In this document: positions 46,505 to 55,237 of the stretch, piece after piece
Position numbering within the stretch: the first letter of the stretch is position 1
Layout of the letters: every line of letters begins with the position of its first letter
IMG/VR virus record: IMGVR_UViG_3300009514_000024
Location: 1 to 63,892 of that record
From: a virus
Taxonomy: Duplodnaviria; Caudoviricetes
Length of the DNA: 63,892 bases
Direction: 5' to 3' (one strand)
Made by a program: the position numbers and the translations under genes
Notes under the pieces: generated by a model
What the model saw: only the letters and a program-made list of their open reading frames with translations
Told to the model about the DNA's origin: nothing
Databases searched by the model: none

Positions 46505-47024
46505 TCTGTTCTCCCTTAAAAATGTTTTCTTCGGTTAGGGTTTTAAATTTCCAGTTCTTTCCTTCACAAAAAACTCTGGCATATTTCCATTTATTCATAT
46601 TCTTAACATATGTAGCATACGCATTATTATAATTGGATATTGCTTTCTTCGTTGGGTTCTTTGGTTTCTTGGGGGGTTTCCCTTGTTTGACAGGTTTAAT
46701 TTCTATCAAAAAGGTTTCTTTAATTTTATCTTTATTCAATATTTCTGCATAGATATCTGGCCAGTAGTTTCGTAATTTTTTATTACCTTGGGCAACATCT
46801 AAATCAAACACATACGGAACTTTAATTATTTCACTTCCCCACTTAACAACATTTTTGTTGGTATCGGCCCAATTAAAAACTCTAAGTTCCCATGAAGAAC
46901 GATAGATTATTTTTTTATTAGCCATACTATTGATACATTTTTCTGGGTGTTGTGGTGTAAACTCTCCCTGTTTCCAATTATGCCTACTACCCATACCAAT
47001 TGCTTTTTTTAAGAAGTTCCACAT
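46494..47024 (-). CDS. gp4: Head completion nuclease (T4 gp4-like, TnsA-like fold)
   Basis: IIYRSSWE, WGSE, YWPD, LIEIKP, NMNKW. Confidence 0.85.
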   Translation of the reverse strand: MWNFLKKAIGMGSRHNWKQGEFTPQHPEKCINSMANKKIIYRSSWELRVFNWADTNKNVVKWGSEIIKVPYVFDLDVAQGNKKLRNYWPDIYAEILNKDKIKETFLIEIKPVKQGKPPKKPKNPTKKAISNYNNAYATYVKNMNKWKYARVFCEGKNWKFKTLTEENIFKGEQNVN

Positions 47025-47902
47025 TAGCTCAATCCATTCAATTCTTTAGAATATTTTTCCAATTCTTCAATTATTCCTAACAGCCTATTGTTCAATAAAA
47101 ACTTGAAAACTTTTGAGCCGTTATACTTATTTATATTGATGTTATCGTATTTTTCTAATATTTTTGTCTTTATTTCTACAGGGATCATGGACAAATCTAT
47201 AAGCTCTTTGTTCCTTATATACTTAGCTTCAATCTCTGGTTCTTCCTTGAAGATTGTCTCCAAACCTTCCTTAATCATCTTGTGGGCGGTCACTGGGCCA
47301 CATCTAGGTTTGACCCCCGAAATGTTATCGCTTGTGTCGCCTGTCAATATTTTAACAATCAAATTTCTTTCAAAATTGATGTGTCTAAATGTTTGTTTTT
47401 TAATAGGATCGTATTGCTGATAATGTTCAAATTTCATTAACTGCATTAAATCCGAATCGTTTGAAACATTAGTAACCCGATAACCACTCCACCTGTGTTC
47501 GGTCAAAATGGCTATAGTGTCATCTGCTTCACAATTGTCCACTTTTATGTGAATCATATTGGGAAACACTTCTTTCAAATCCGAAAGAAATTCCTCTAAT
47601 ACTGGAAAAAACACATCAAAATTAATTTTTGACTTCGCTCTAGCCACCTTCCTATGAGCCTTATATTCGTGGTATATATCCTTTCTCCAATACTTTCTAT
47701 CGTCTATGGCAATCACACACCTGTCGGGTGAAAATTGCTTCAGGAGCCTTAATAACTCTCTTAGTGCGTAATCCTTGAATAACAGAAACTTTGTATCCGT
47801 AGGGTCTTTCGGGTGAGCCATGTGCAGGTTTCTAAATACCAAATTGTACATATCTATTACCAACAGACTTTTCTTTTTTACCATAAAATCATCTATACTC
47901 AT
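47024..47902 (-). CDS. rnh: T4 RNase H-like 5'-3' exonuclease
   Basis: YWRKDIYHEYKAHR, EADD, SNDSD, GDTSDNI. Confidence 0.9.
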   Translation of the reverse strand: MSIDDFMVKKKSLLVIDMYNLVFRNLHMAHPKDPTDTKFLLFKDYALRELLRLLKQFSPDRCVIAIDDRKYWRKDIYHEYKAHRKVARAKSKINFDVFFPVLEEFLSDLKEVFPNMIHIKVDNCEADDTIAILTEHRWSGYRVTNVSNDSDLMQLMKFEHYQQYDPIKKQTFRHINFERNLIVKILTGDTSDNISGVKPRCGPVTAHKMIKEGLETIFKEEPEIEAKYIRNKELIDLSMIPVEIKTKILEKYDNININKYNGSKVFKFLLNNRLLGIIEELEKYSKELNGLS

Positions 47903-48567
47903 GTTTTTCTCCTATCTTCAATCCATTCTCTGGCTAATATGTTAGTCGGGTTGGATTTGGTTACTCTAAGGAAAATATTTCTGACATTCTCGCTTAAATC
48001 TTTTAATTCTATCAAACCTTTTCTTAGTTTTAATTCTAACTGAAGAAATTTGGCCATGTAATAAGCATCAACTAAATCTTCTTTTGGGGTTCTGTATTGT
48101 GGTAAGAAAGAAAAGTCAACTTTGTCTGGTGACTTGGTTTTGTCGTATTCGTCTATCATGGATATTTTATCAGAGTTTCCATTACCAGTGGCGAACTTCT
48201 TAACAACTGTCGGTTCTATAGAACCCATTTTAATCTGTTCAAAAAATAGATGAAGTTTGATACCACCCACAAATTCCCCAATATGGAAAACCTTTCCAGT
48301 AGCAGAGTACGCATAATCTTCTATATACACATAGTCAGTATTCCGAAGAAAATTAATTATATGTTCATACATGAAAATGTTCTTATCCAGATAGTTGAAA
48401 AAATCCTTAGTTTTGTAATGGATTATTTTATCAGAAGAATTTTTCTTAACGGAAGTGAAGGCCAAATAATCCACATCAACAACTTCTAATGTTTCTATAT
48501 CCAGAAACATTTTATAAACACCTGTTGCATTTATGGATGGGTCTATCCCTGCTATAATTAAAGTCAT
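47899..48567 (-). CDS. RuvC-like Holliday junction resolvase
   Basis: AGIDPS, YIEDY, VKKFATGNGN, DLVDAY. Confidence 0.8.
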   Translation of the reverse strand: MTLIIAGIDPSINATGVYKMFLDIETLEVVDVDYLAFTSVKKNSSDKIIHYKTKDFFNYLDKNIFMYEHIINFLRNTDYVYIEDYAYSATGKVFHIGEFVGGIKLHLFFEQIKMGSIEPTVVKKFATGNGNSDKISMIDEYDKTKSPDKVDFSFLPQYRTPKEDLVDAYYMAKFLQLELKLRKGLIELKDLSENVRNIFLRVTKSNPTNILAREWIEDRRKT

Positions 48568-49097
48568 TATTTGTACTCCAACAGGGTGTGTTTCATTTTC
48601 AACAAATCGGCCTTTTTTATAATGGTTATAACATCTTGCCTGTTCCTTCTAGAAATCAGCCTGTAGAAGTCTTTGATATTACCTGCTATACCTTCGTGAA
48701 TTTGTTCTTTAACAAACCCGACCAATCTCTCACACTTTCGGGCTAGTCTTTTTCGATTAATCATCAAGAACCCTTCTTTTACTTGAAAAGCTATATAATC
48801 TGCTTTGCCATAAAGCCATCCATCATTTCCATTGACATTTTTAAATTCGATCCAAACAATTTCATCATTAGGTTCCATATCTGTTCTTGTGAGTTTTTTC
48901 ATTGCTTTCACATCTACTCTTTTCGGTGCCCCCAATTCGCTTTGAGATACTTTGAAATCCCAATGTTCTCTGGTTTCTTGATAAAAGTTTGCTTTTTCGC
49001 ATTCTCCACCGTATTTAGAAATCAGTGATTTAAATGTTTCTTCGGCATCTGCTCCCATTTGAGCAGACCCATTAGAGTCGTATTTGTTTGCGTACAT
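48567..49097 (-). CDS. PD-(D/E)xK nuclease-like protein
   Basis: HWDF...VDVK...WIEFKNVNGNDGWLYG. Confidence 0.6.
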   Translation of the reverse strand: MYANKYDSNGSAQMGADAEETFKSLISKYGGECEKANFYQETREHWDFKVSQSELGAPKRVDVKAMKKLTRTDMEPNDEIVWIEFKNVNGNDGWLYGKADYIAFQVKEGFLMINRKRLARKCERLVGFVKEQIHEGIAGNIKDFYRLISRRNRQDVITIIKKADLLKMKHTLLEYK

Positions 49098-49101
49098 ACA
49101 T

Positions 49102-50217
49102 TCATACCTCTAAATAAAGCATATCGTAGGGATCGGAAGTAAAACAATCTTTAATAGAATCGAATGTAATGTAGTCCAAATTATGCTTTATTATGACTTC
49201 GTTGATGTCTTTACAGTTTTTGTATTTGAATTTCTCCCAAAGGAAAACATTCTTTCGCTGTTTCAACAACTTTTTACTTCGATTCTTTCCCGCTTCATCA
49301 TTATCTAGTAGGTAGTAAACGTCAGGGATCTCATTTAAAAAGTTTTCAATATACTCTGATATTGAAACACCGATCAGTGCTAGACTGTTCTCTACGAAAG
49401 TTGAGTCTATTACACCTTCCAAAACAACTACAGGTTTAGACTTGTCGATATGAAATTTATTGTATATCGCCTTGTCTTTGTCTTTTGTCCTGTTTAGATA
49501 TTTTGGTTCTTGGTTCCAAAGGGAACGACATTGATAATAAAATATTTTATTATTATTATCGAAAAATGGAATAACCATTCTCCCTTTGTAATCACCATCA
49601 TAAGCGACAAACCATTTCTGCCAGATAGCAGGATCGATTCTTCGCTTTTTGCATTCTGTTATAGCCAGATTTATAATATCAATATGGGGGTGTTCAGGTT
49701 GCTTTGAATATCTTCCCCCCAAAGTTAGTGGAATAAAGAATTTAGTATTCTTTTTTTCTCTAACCGCATTTTCTTTTTCTTGTTTAGCTTTCTCTTTTTC
49801 GTGTTTTCTTTTTTGAATTTCTCTTAATTCTTCTAATTCGTTTTTGGTCTTTTTATCACCTTGAGCAGAAAACATTTCCCTCAAGTATGATTTATGTAAC
49901 GATATGTTGGTATGTTTCAGCCAGTTATCCCCCGACCAAGCATTACCATCGCCCGCACAAGGACAACTGCCTTCATTGAAACACTTGTATGCCCAATAAT
50001 ATTCCCCTGATTCTTTATCAAAAGACCTTAACAAGTGGCCTCTTGTTTTTCTTTTGCTTTTTTTACTATCACCACAGACATTGCACCTAAAATTGAAATG
50101 ATTTAATTTCATTACACAAGGACTAAAACTTCCCAATGCTATTCTTAAATATTTTTCTAATATTAAACTTGTATCCATCTTTCCCCACATGGAGACAATG
50201 TGGGGAGTGTTCCCCAC
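49102..50217 (-). CDS. gp61: DNA primase
   Basis: NFRCNVCGDS zinc finger, VLEGVIDS, LDND TOPRIM, KDINE. Confidence 0.9.
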   Translation of the reverse strand: MGNTPHIVSMWGKMDTSLILEKYLRIALGSFSPCVMKLNHFNFRCNVCGDSKKSKRKTRGHLLRSFDKESGEYYWAYKCFNEGSCPCAGDGNAWSGDNWLKHTNISLHKSYLREMFSAQGDKKTKNELEELREIQKRKHEKEKAKQEKENAVREKKNTKFFIPLTLGGRYSKQPEHPHIDIINLAITECKKRRIDPAIWQKWFVAYDGDYKGRMVIPFFDNNNKIFYYQCRSLWNQEPKYLNRTKDKDKAIYNKFHIDKSKPVVVLEGVIDSTFVENSLALIGVSISEYIENFLNEIPDVYYLLDNDEAGKNRSKKLLKQRKNVFLWEKFKYKNCKDINEVIIKHNLDYITFDSIKDCFTSDPYDMLYLEV

Positions 50218-50251
50218 ATCACCTTATTACATAACGGAAGTGTTGTTATGT

Positions 50252-51169
50252 TTATTCAGCCATATCTGCAAAGAAAGAATCTTCTTCTTCCGCAGAATCA
50301 CTGTTTTCTTCGTTATCTTCGTCTAAAGATTCGTTTTCTTTAAGTGAAGATTGTTGTGCAGGTGTAGATGAAGCAGGAGCTTCCTGCATTGAAGCGGGTG
50401 CTTGCATGGTTTCCCCAACCGCTTTATTAAAAGCAGTGTTCAGTTCTTCAAAAGACTTGAACAGTTTAGGGTCAATAATAGGTTCCAGTGGATAGATTTT
50501 CTTTTCTAGTTCTTCAATGAAATCATCATCACCAACAGCAGTGTTGACATCAACAAACCCTGAATCATCATAATTGGTTTGGGTTTTATCCGCACCCCTT
50601 TTAATGATCAGTTTGAAGTTTGTACCTTCATCATAATCAAACACATCTGCTTGCTCTACAATAGAACCTTCTTCGGGTTTCATTTTCCCGATAATTTTAT
50701 TGTAAATTTTTACACCATATTTGAAGATGAAAACCTTACCGTTGTTTTCTGGTGTTTGAGGATCTTTCACTACTAGAATATTGGAGAAATAATTAGTTCT
50801 TCTACCTCTTTTTCTAGCTACTGCTTCATCATCTTTATCTTTGGTGTCCCAAAGAGCACTGTTTGATTTACAGGCAGGACAGTCCAGACCAAGAGTAGTA
50901 GGACAGTTTTGAATAAACCAACCGCCTTTATCTTTAAAACCATGTGTACACTTTTTCACCATTGGAATACCAGTACCATCCCCTTCTGGTCTAGGGAGAA
51001 ATCTGATAATAGCATTGAAAGTTCCATCCTTTTTGAATTTAGGAATGAATGAAAATTCACTGAAACCATCATCTTTATTGTAATTTTTCTTTGTATTTTG
51101 CTGATCCATTTTTTCATTGATATCAGACCAATCAATTTTTCTTCTTTTCTTTTTCTTTGTAGCCATCAT
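50252..51169 (-). CDS. gp32: Single-stranded DNA-binding protein
   Basis: AIIRFLP, HGF, NCPTTLGLDCPAC, NYDDS, acidic tail. Confidence 0.92.
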   Translation of the reverse strand: MMATKKKKRRKIDWSDINEKMDQQNTKKNYNKDDGFSEFSFIPKFKKDGTFNAIIRFLPRPEGDGTGIPMVKKCTHGFKDKGGWFIQNCPTTLGLDCPACKSNSALWDTKDKDDEAVARKRGRRTNYFSNILVVKDPQTPENNGKVFIFKYGVKIYNKIIGKMKPEEGSIVEQADVFDYDEGTNFKLIIKRGADKTQTNYDDSGFVDVNTAVGDDDFIEELEKKIYPLEPIIDPKLFKSFEELNTAFNKAVGETMQAPASMQEAPASSTPAQQSSLKENESLDEDNEENSDSAEEEDSFFADMAE

Positions 51170-51175
51170 AATCTC

Positions 51176-51724
51176 CTATATTGACTTTATTATTTTTATA
51201 CCTTTATTAAATCTGTTTAATTCTTCAGAAACATCATATTTAGTTTTACTAAATTCTTTAAGACCTATATTAAATTTTTTGATATATAAAACAGGCGATA
51301 TTTTTCCCTGCTTGATCAAATCATATAATAAATTATTCCCATTTGAATTAATACTGAAGAACTCTCTGATATTAGTTATTCCCAATCGTCCTGATATGTT
51401 CTTCACATATTCTCTATCTTTCTCATATCGACTTAGCTTAAAACTAGCCAGTGAGCGTGTGATAGAATCTTCTGATACACCCGACCAATTAAATCTGTTT
51501 AATAACATATAAGAATAAATAACAAACAATTTAAAGTCCACAAATTTAAAGTGACCACTGTTTATTAATGCAACTACATTTGAACATTTTTGTTTTATTA
51601 ACCTTGTTTGTCTGTTAAAAACGATAGGGTTCAATTTGTGATTCAAATTTATTTCTTTATTCTTTTTCATAATCTGGTTACAGATGTAATAGAAACTATA
51701 TATGTCATTTCCTACAACTTGCAT
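51176..51724 (-). CDS. Hypothetical protein, positional gp59 (helicase loader) candidate
   Basis: Directly upstream of gp32 as in T4; weak LIKQGKISP resemblance. Confidence 0.4.
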   Translation of the reverse strand: MQVVGNDIYSFYYICNQIMKKNKEINLNHKLNPIVFNRQTRLIKQKCSNVVALINSGHFKFVDFKLFVIYSYMLLNRFNWSGVSEDSITRSLASFKLSRYEKDREYVKNISGRLGITNIREFFSINSNGNNLLYDLIKQGKISPVLYIKKFNIGLKEFSKTKYDVSEELNRFNKGIKIIKSI

Positions 51725-51748
51725 ACTAATAACATACCTTATTGTCTA

Positions 51749-52165
51749 TTAAATTATTCTTTTTTTTGGACTTTTTTCAGGCTTTTTCTTGTACATAAAT
51801 GAATCTAAAGATGAAACTTTGATGTTAATGCTATATCTTTTCGCTAGTGATTTTCTTAGTGTATATTTATTTTCTTCATTAAGACAACTGGTTAAATCCT
51901 TCTCCGCAAGTATTTCTGTAGTGATGTGCAGACAAGCATCGGTAATATCAATGATTTCAGACTGATGTAAATCTTTTAAAATGAAATTAAATTTATGATA
52001 AGGAATGTAATCATTTTTCTTTCGTTTTTGAGCCAACTTTAATAAATCAATTTCTGCCTTTTCAAATATGCTGAAGAAAATATCCCTATTTATCTTCTGG
52101 AAGTGATCTTCCTCTGTTGTCACATCATTAATGATGTCGTGAATTTCGTTTATATTCATTTTCAT
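51749..52165 (-). CDS. Hypothetical protein, gp33 (late co-activator) candidate
   Basis: ITDACLH...LTSCLNEENKYTLRKSLA weakly resembles gp33; T4 synteny 33-59-32. Confidence 0.4.
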   Translation of the reverse strand: MKMNINEIHDIINDVTTEEDHFQKINRDIFFSIFEKAEIDLLKLAQKRKKNDYIPYHKFNFILKDLHQSEIIDITDACLHITTEILAEKDLTSCLNEENKYTLRKSLAKRYSINIKVSSLDSFMYKKKPEKSPKKRII

Positions 52166-52175
52166 GATTTAGCCT

Positions 52176-53630
52176 CTATATTTTTATCTTAGAAAATTTC
52201 AGCCTGTCGGCTTTTTTATTATTGTGTAAAATACCTTTCAGTGCTGAAACTACATTATCGTCTACTATGCCTTTTGGTTCTACGTTATTAGGAAGATCGG
52301 GCAATCCATCAGTGGGGTTATTACCACCACCTGAACCGCCCCCGAATCCATTATCAGAATCAGAACCGCCTTGGTCTAGTATTTCATATAATCTCATTTT
52401 ATTGTAATCCACCCCCACAATACATTTTATCTTATTTAGCCCATATCGGTTTTTCAGGAGAATCCAAGAATATTGTCCTGCACTTCTCATTTCTTCCGAT
52501 TGAGTAATGGCGAATATTATATCCGCAGTATTGGTAGTACCTATTGAATCTGCTATGTCTGTTAAATCTAGACTAGCTTCCCCAAATCCTCCCCTATTTG
52601 TCTGTACACTGCTAACAATAGGTATACTCTTTTCCATACCCAGACCTCTAAGTTCTTCAGATATAGTTTTAATTTCAGTATTAGTGTTGTTTCCCCTATT
52701 GAAATTATTAGGCAACATTATACCTAAATAATCAATAAAAATAATGTCTGGAACAAAGCTCTTTTTCATTTCCAACTCTTTAAGCAGTGTTCTCAATCTA
52801 TTTGTATTCATGGATCTAGTCGGAAATTCTTTAATTACCAATTTCTGATTTATTCTTGCCTTAACCTTTTCAAAAGTATTCATGAATCTAATTTTAGGAA
52901 CTTTGAACAATCCCGACATATCAATATCAAACAAGTTAGCCATAATTCTTTCAGCTACTTTGCTTTCAGACATTTCCAATGATACATAAAGCACATTTTT
53001 ATTCTGGGCTAGGCAATTACTGGCTAATGCTGTTTTAACTAATGATTTTCCCATATTTGTCTCCGACATAAACAAAGTCAGAGTTTTTTCATGGAACCCG
53101 CCTTTAATAATTTTGTCTATATTTCTTAACCCAGTAGGGATGATTTTATCTACTTCATGTAAACTGTTATACAGATTTTCGGCTGAATCAAAAAAGTCCA
53201 ATCCAATGGATGTATCAAAGCTAAAGGAATACGCTTCCCGCATTCTATCTGAAGCTGAAGCCTTAACAGATTCATCGTTGTCTTTAATCCCCTTCATAGT
53301 GGCAAATATTTCATTCTTCAAAAGTTTGTCTCTGTAAAAATCTTCAACTTCGTCTTTAATGAAATCATCCCCCAAATCTTCTTCTATAGAATGGTCTATA
53401 GCCTTTGTCAAATGTTCATAAATTTGTTTATCTTTAATCTTGACTTTTAATTCTGGAATAGATGGAAACTTATTATATTTTTCGTTAAATTTTAAAATAG
53501 TTTCTACAATTTCTTTATTTTCAAAGACTTCAAACACTTCCGATTTGAGAAACGGAAGTAATCTACTCTGAGCTTCTTTATCTTTGAATAAAAATCTTAG
53601 TGTGAGTGTTTCAAATTCTTCTGGTGTCAT
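52176..53630 (-). CDS. gp41: Replicative DNA helicase
   Basis: TNMGKS, LYVSLEMSE, IKEFPT, IDYL, QTNR, LKNRYG. Confidence 0.92.
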   Translation of the reverse strand: MTPEEFETLTLRFLFKDKEAQSRLLPFLKSEVFEVFENKEIVETILKFNEKYNKFPSIPELKVKIKDKQIYEHLTKAIDHSIEEDLGDDFIKDEVEDFYRDKLLKNEIFATMKGIKDNDESVKASASDRMREAYSFSFDTSIGLDFFDSAENLYNSLHEVDKIIPTGLRNIDKIIKGGFHEKTLTLFMSETNMGKSLVKTALASNCLAQNKNVLYVSLEMSESKVAERIMANLFDIDMSGLFKVPKIRFMNTFEKVKARINQKLVIKEFPTRSMNTNRLRTLLKELEMKKSFVPDIIFIDYLGIMLPNNFNRGNNTNTEIKTISEELRGLGMEKSIPIVSSVQTNRGGFGEASLDLTDIADSIGTTNTADIIFAITQSEEMRSAGQYSWILLKNRYGLNKIKCIVGVDYNKMRLYEILDQGGSDSDNGFGGGSGGGNNPTDGLPDLPNNVEPKGIVDDNVVSALKGILHNNKKADRLKFSKIKI

Positions 53631-53655
53631 TTAATGTTCCTTGTGGTAGAAGTGT

Positions 53656-53778
53656 GAAATAAGAAGTACAGGACTTCCACCTGCACACATTCAGCAATAG
53701 AATACCCCAATACGGAGCCGTTAATGGGGATGTCTCCCTCGATTCTTGTGTCTTTTACGATTCCACCATTCTTATTTC
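53656..53778 (-). ncRNA. tRNA-like structured element between uvsX and gene 41
   Basis: GAAATAAGAA/TTCTTATTTC closing stem, D-like GTGGAA...AGACAC, T-like GCAGG-TGGAAGT-CCTGT. Confidence 0.55.
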
Positions 53779-53816
53779 TAGTAATAGCTTAATTTGATTA
53801 TAATCTAGAGTGCTTA

Positions 53817-54902
53817 TTACTTTTTCACTTCTCCCTTTTTACCTGTTTTTTCATTGGCGGTTTCTGACAAATCATCATCATCCGCTATATCCAATTTATT
53901 TTCTTCTTTAAAAGCGTATTTGGTTTCTAGAAAATCCTTAAAGTCGGTGTCTCGAAATATCGGAAGCCAAAATTCTTTATTATATATATTCTTCTCATAG
54001 AACTTTTTGTCATTCTTGATGTGGGGTCGAATGTAATAGTTTCCTGTTTTCTCTACACAACCATGTTCTTTAGCATCATCTAGAAGGCCATAATAAATAT
54101 CTAAACCACCATCCCTTTTGATTCTAAATTTTAATTTTGCTTTTTCATAAGCTAATCTTGACTTTTCAATTTCAATGGTAATAATACTGCCAGTGATATT
54201 CTCTTGAGAATCTTTGTCTTTTGCTTTTGAACTTCCCATAACAACACCAGTACAGTTATGTTTTAAAACCTTTCCACCAGGAACCTGTAAAGCATCACCA
54301 AACCCGCCCACATTTTGGTACAAGTGGTTTGCTACAAAAATAGTAGCATGAGTATTTGACAACACTCTGGACAAGCCATTTTTCAACTGAGTAATTGACA
54401 TATCTTTTTTCTCATTACCTTCTTCTGCTTTCTTCAAAGTCTGGGGGGTTTGTAGGTTGGCGAAACTGTCCAGAAAGATGAAAACATATTTTCTTTTATC
54501 TTTAGGAACATTTTTAACAGACTTGAGTATGGCTTTCTGAACATCAAAAATATTATTATTAGAAAGAGCCATAAATTTTTCTTTACTTGTATCAACTCCA
54601 CATTGTTTTGCGAATTTGTAATCAAAAGCATTTTCTGTATCAATGTACAAGAAAAAACAATCCTTTTTCTGAGCATTTTTACCTATTGACATTCCAACAA
54701 AGGATTTACCTAAAGAAGACAATGAAGCCATTTGTGATACCTTTCCCATAGGAATACCACCAAACACTTTACCACTATATGCTATGTTTAAGTTTACTAC
54801 TCCTGTTGAAATAAATTCTAATTTTTCGTTTTCATCTACAACATCTTGGCCTATATCCTTATCACCTGCCAAAGTTTTGTAAACATCTGCTTGCCAATTC
54901 AT
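53817..54902 (-). CDS. uvsX: RecA-like recombinase
   Basis: ISTG...LNIAYSG, GKS, IDTE, FLDS, ANH, KSR. Confidence 0.88.
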   Translation of the reverse strand: MNWQADVYKTLAGDKDIGQDVVDENEKLEFISTGVVNLNIAYSGKVFGGIPMGKVSQMASLSSLGKSFVGMSIGKNAQKKDCFFLYIDTENAFDYKFAKQCGVDTSKEKFMALSNNNIFDVQKAILKSVKNVPKDKRKYVFIFLDSFANLQTPQTLKKAEEGNEKKDMSITQLKNGLSRVLSNTHATIFVANHLYQNVGGFGDALQVPGGKVLKHNCTGVVMGSSKAKDKDSQENITGSIITIEIEKSRLAYEKAKLKFRIKRDGGLDIYYGLLDDAKEHGCVEKTGNYYIRPHIKNDKKFYEKNIYNKEFWLPIFRDTDFKDFLETKYAFKEENKLDIADDDDLSETANEKTGKKGEVKK

Positions 54903-54903
54903 A

Positions 54904-55227
54904 TTAATCTCCTTCTTTTTCTTCGAGTTCTAGCACAGCCCAAACATCTGTTTCAAAAAGAATGAGATAAGGTTTTCCATCTTCTTCTACTTCCTTTCCT
55001 ACCATATGTGGGTATAAAACTACATCCCCTATATTAACTGTTACAGGAATTAACTCACCGTTTTGTGCAAGTCTACCTTTACCTGTATTAATAACCTTAC
55101 CTACTCTGTAGTTTCGGTTATATCCCACCTGTCCAGAAACAGGATTAGTGGGAATAATGATCCCACCTTTAGTTTTTTCTTCTTCAGGTATATCTTCAAC
55201 TTGTAATCTATCACTCATTAATTTCAT
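54904..55227 (-). CDS. groES: Co-chaperonin GroES
   Basis: DRLQV, KTKGGIIIP, GKVINTGKG, VNIGDVVLY. Confidence 0.9.
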   Translation of the reverse strand: MKLMSDRLQVEDIPEEEKTKGGIIIPTNPVSGQVGYNRNYRVGKVINTGKGRLAQNGELIPVTVNIGDVVLYPHMVGKEVEEDGKPYLILFETDVWAVLELEEKEGD

Positions 55228-55237
55228 TTTTAATCTC

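Noticed and set aside
53817-54902. Inactive recombinase due to Walker A variant (SLSSLGKS)
   Set aside because: UvsX-family Walker A motifs are variable and the GKS core is intact.
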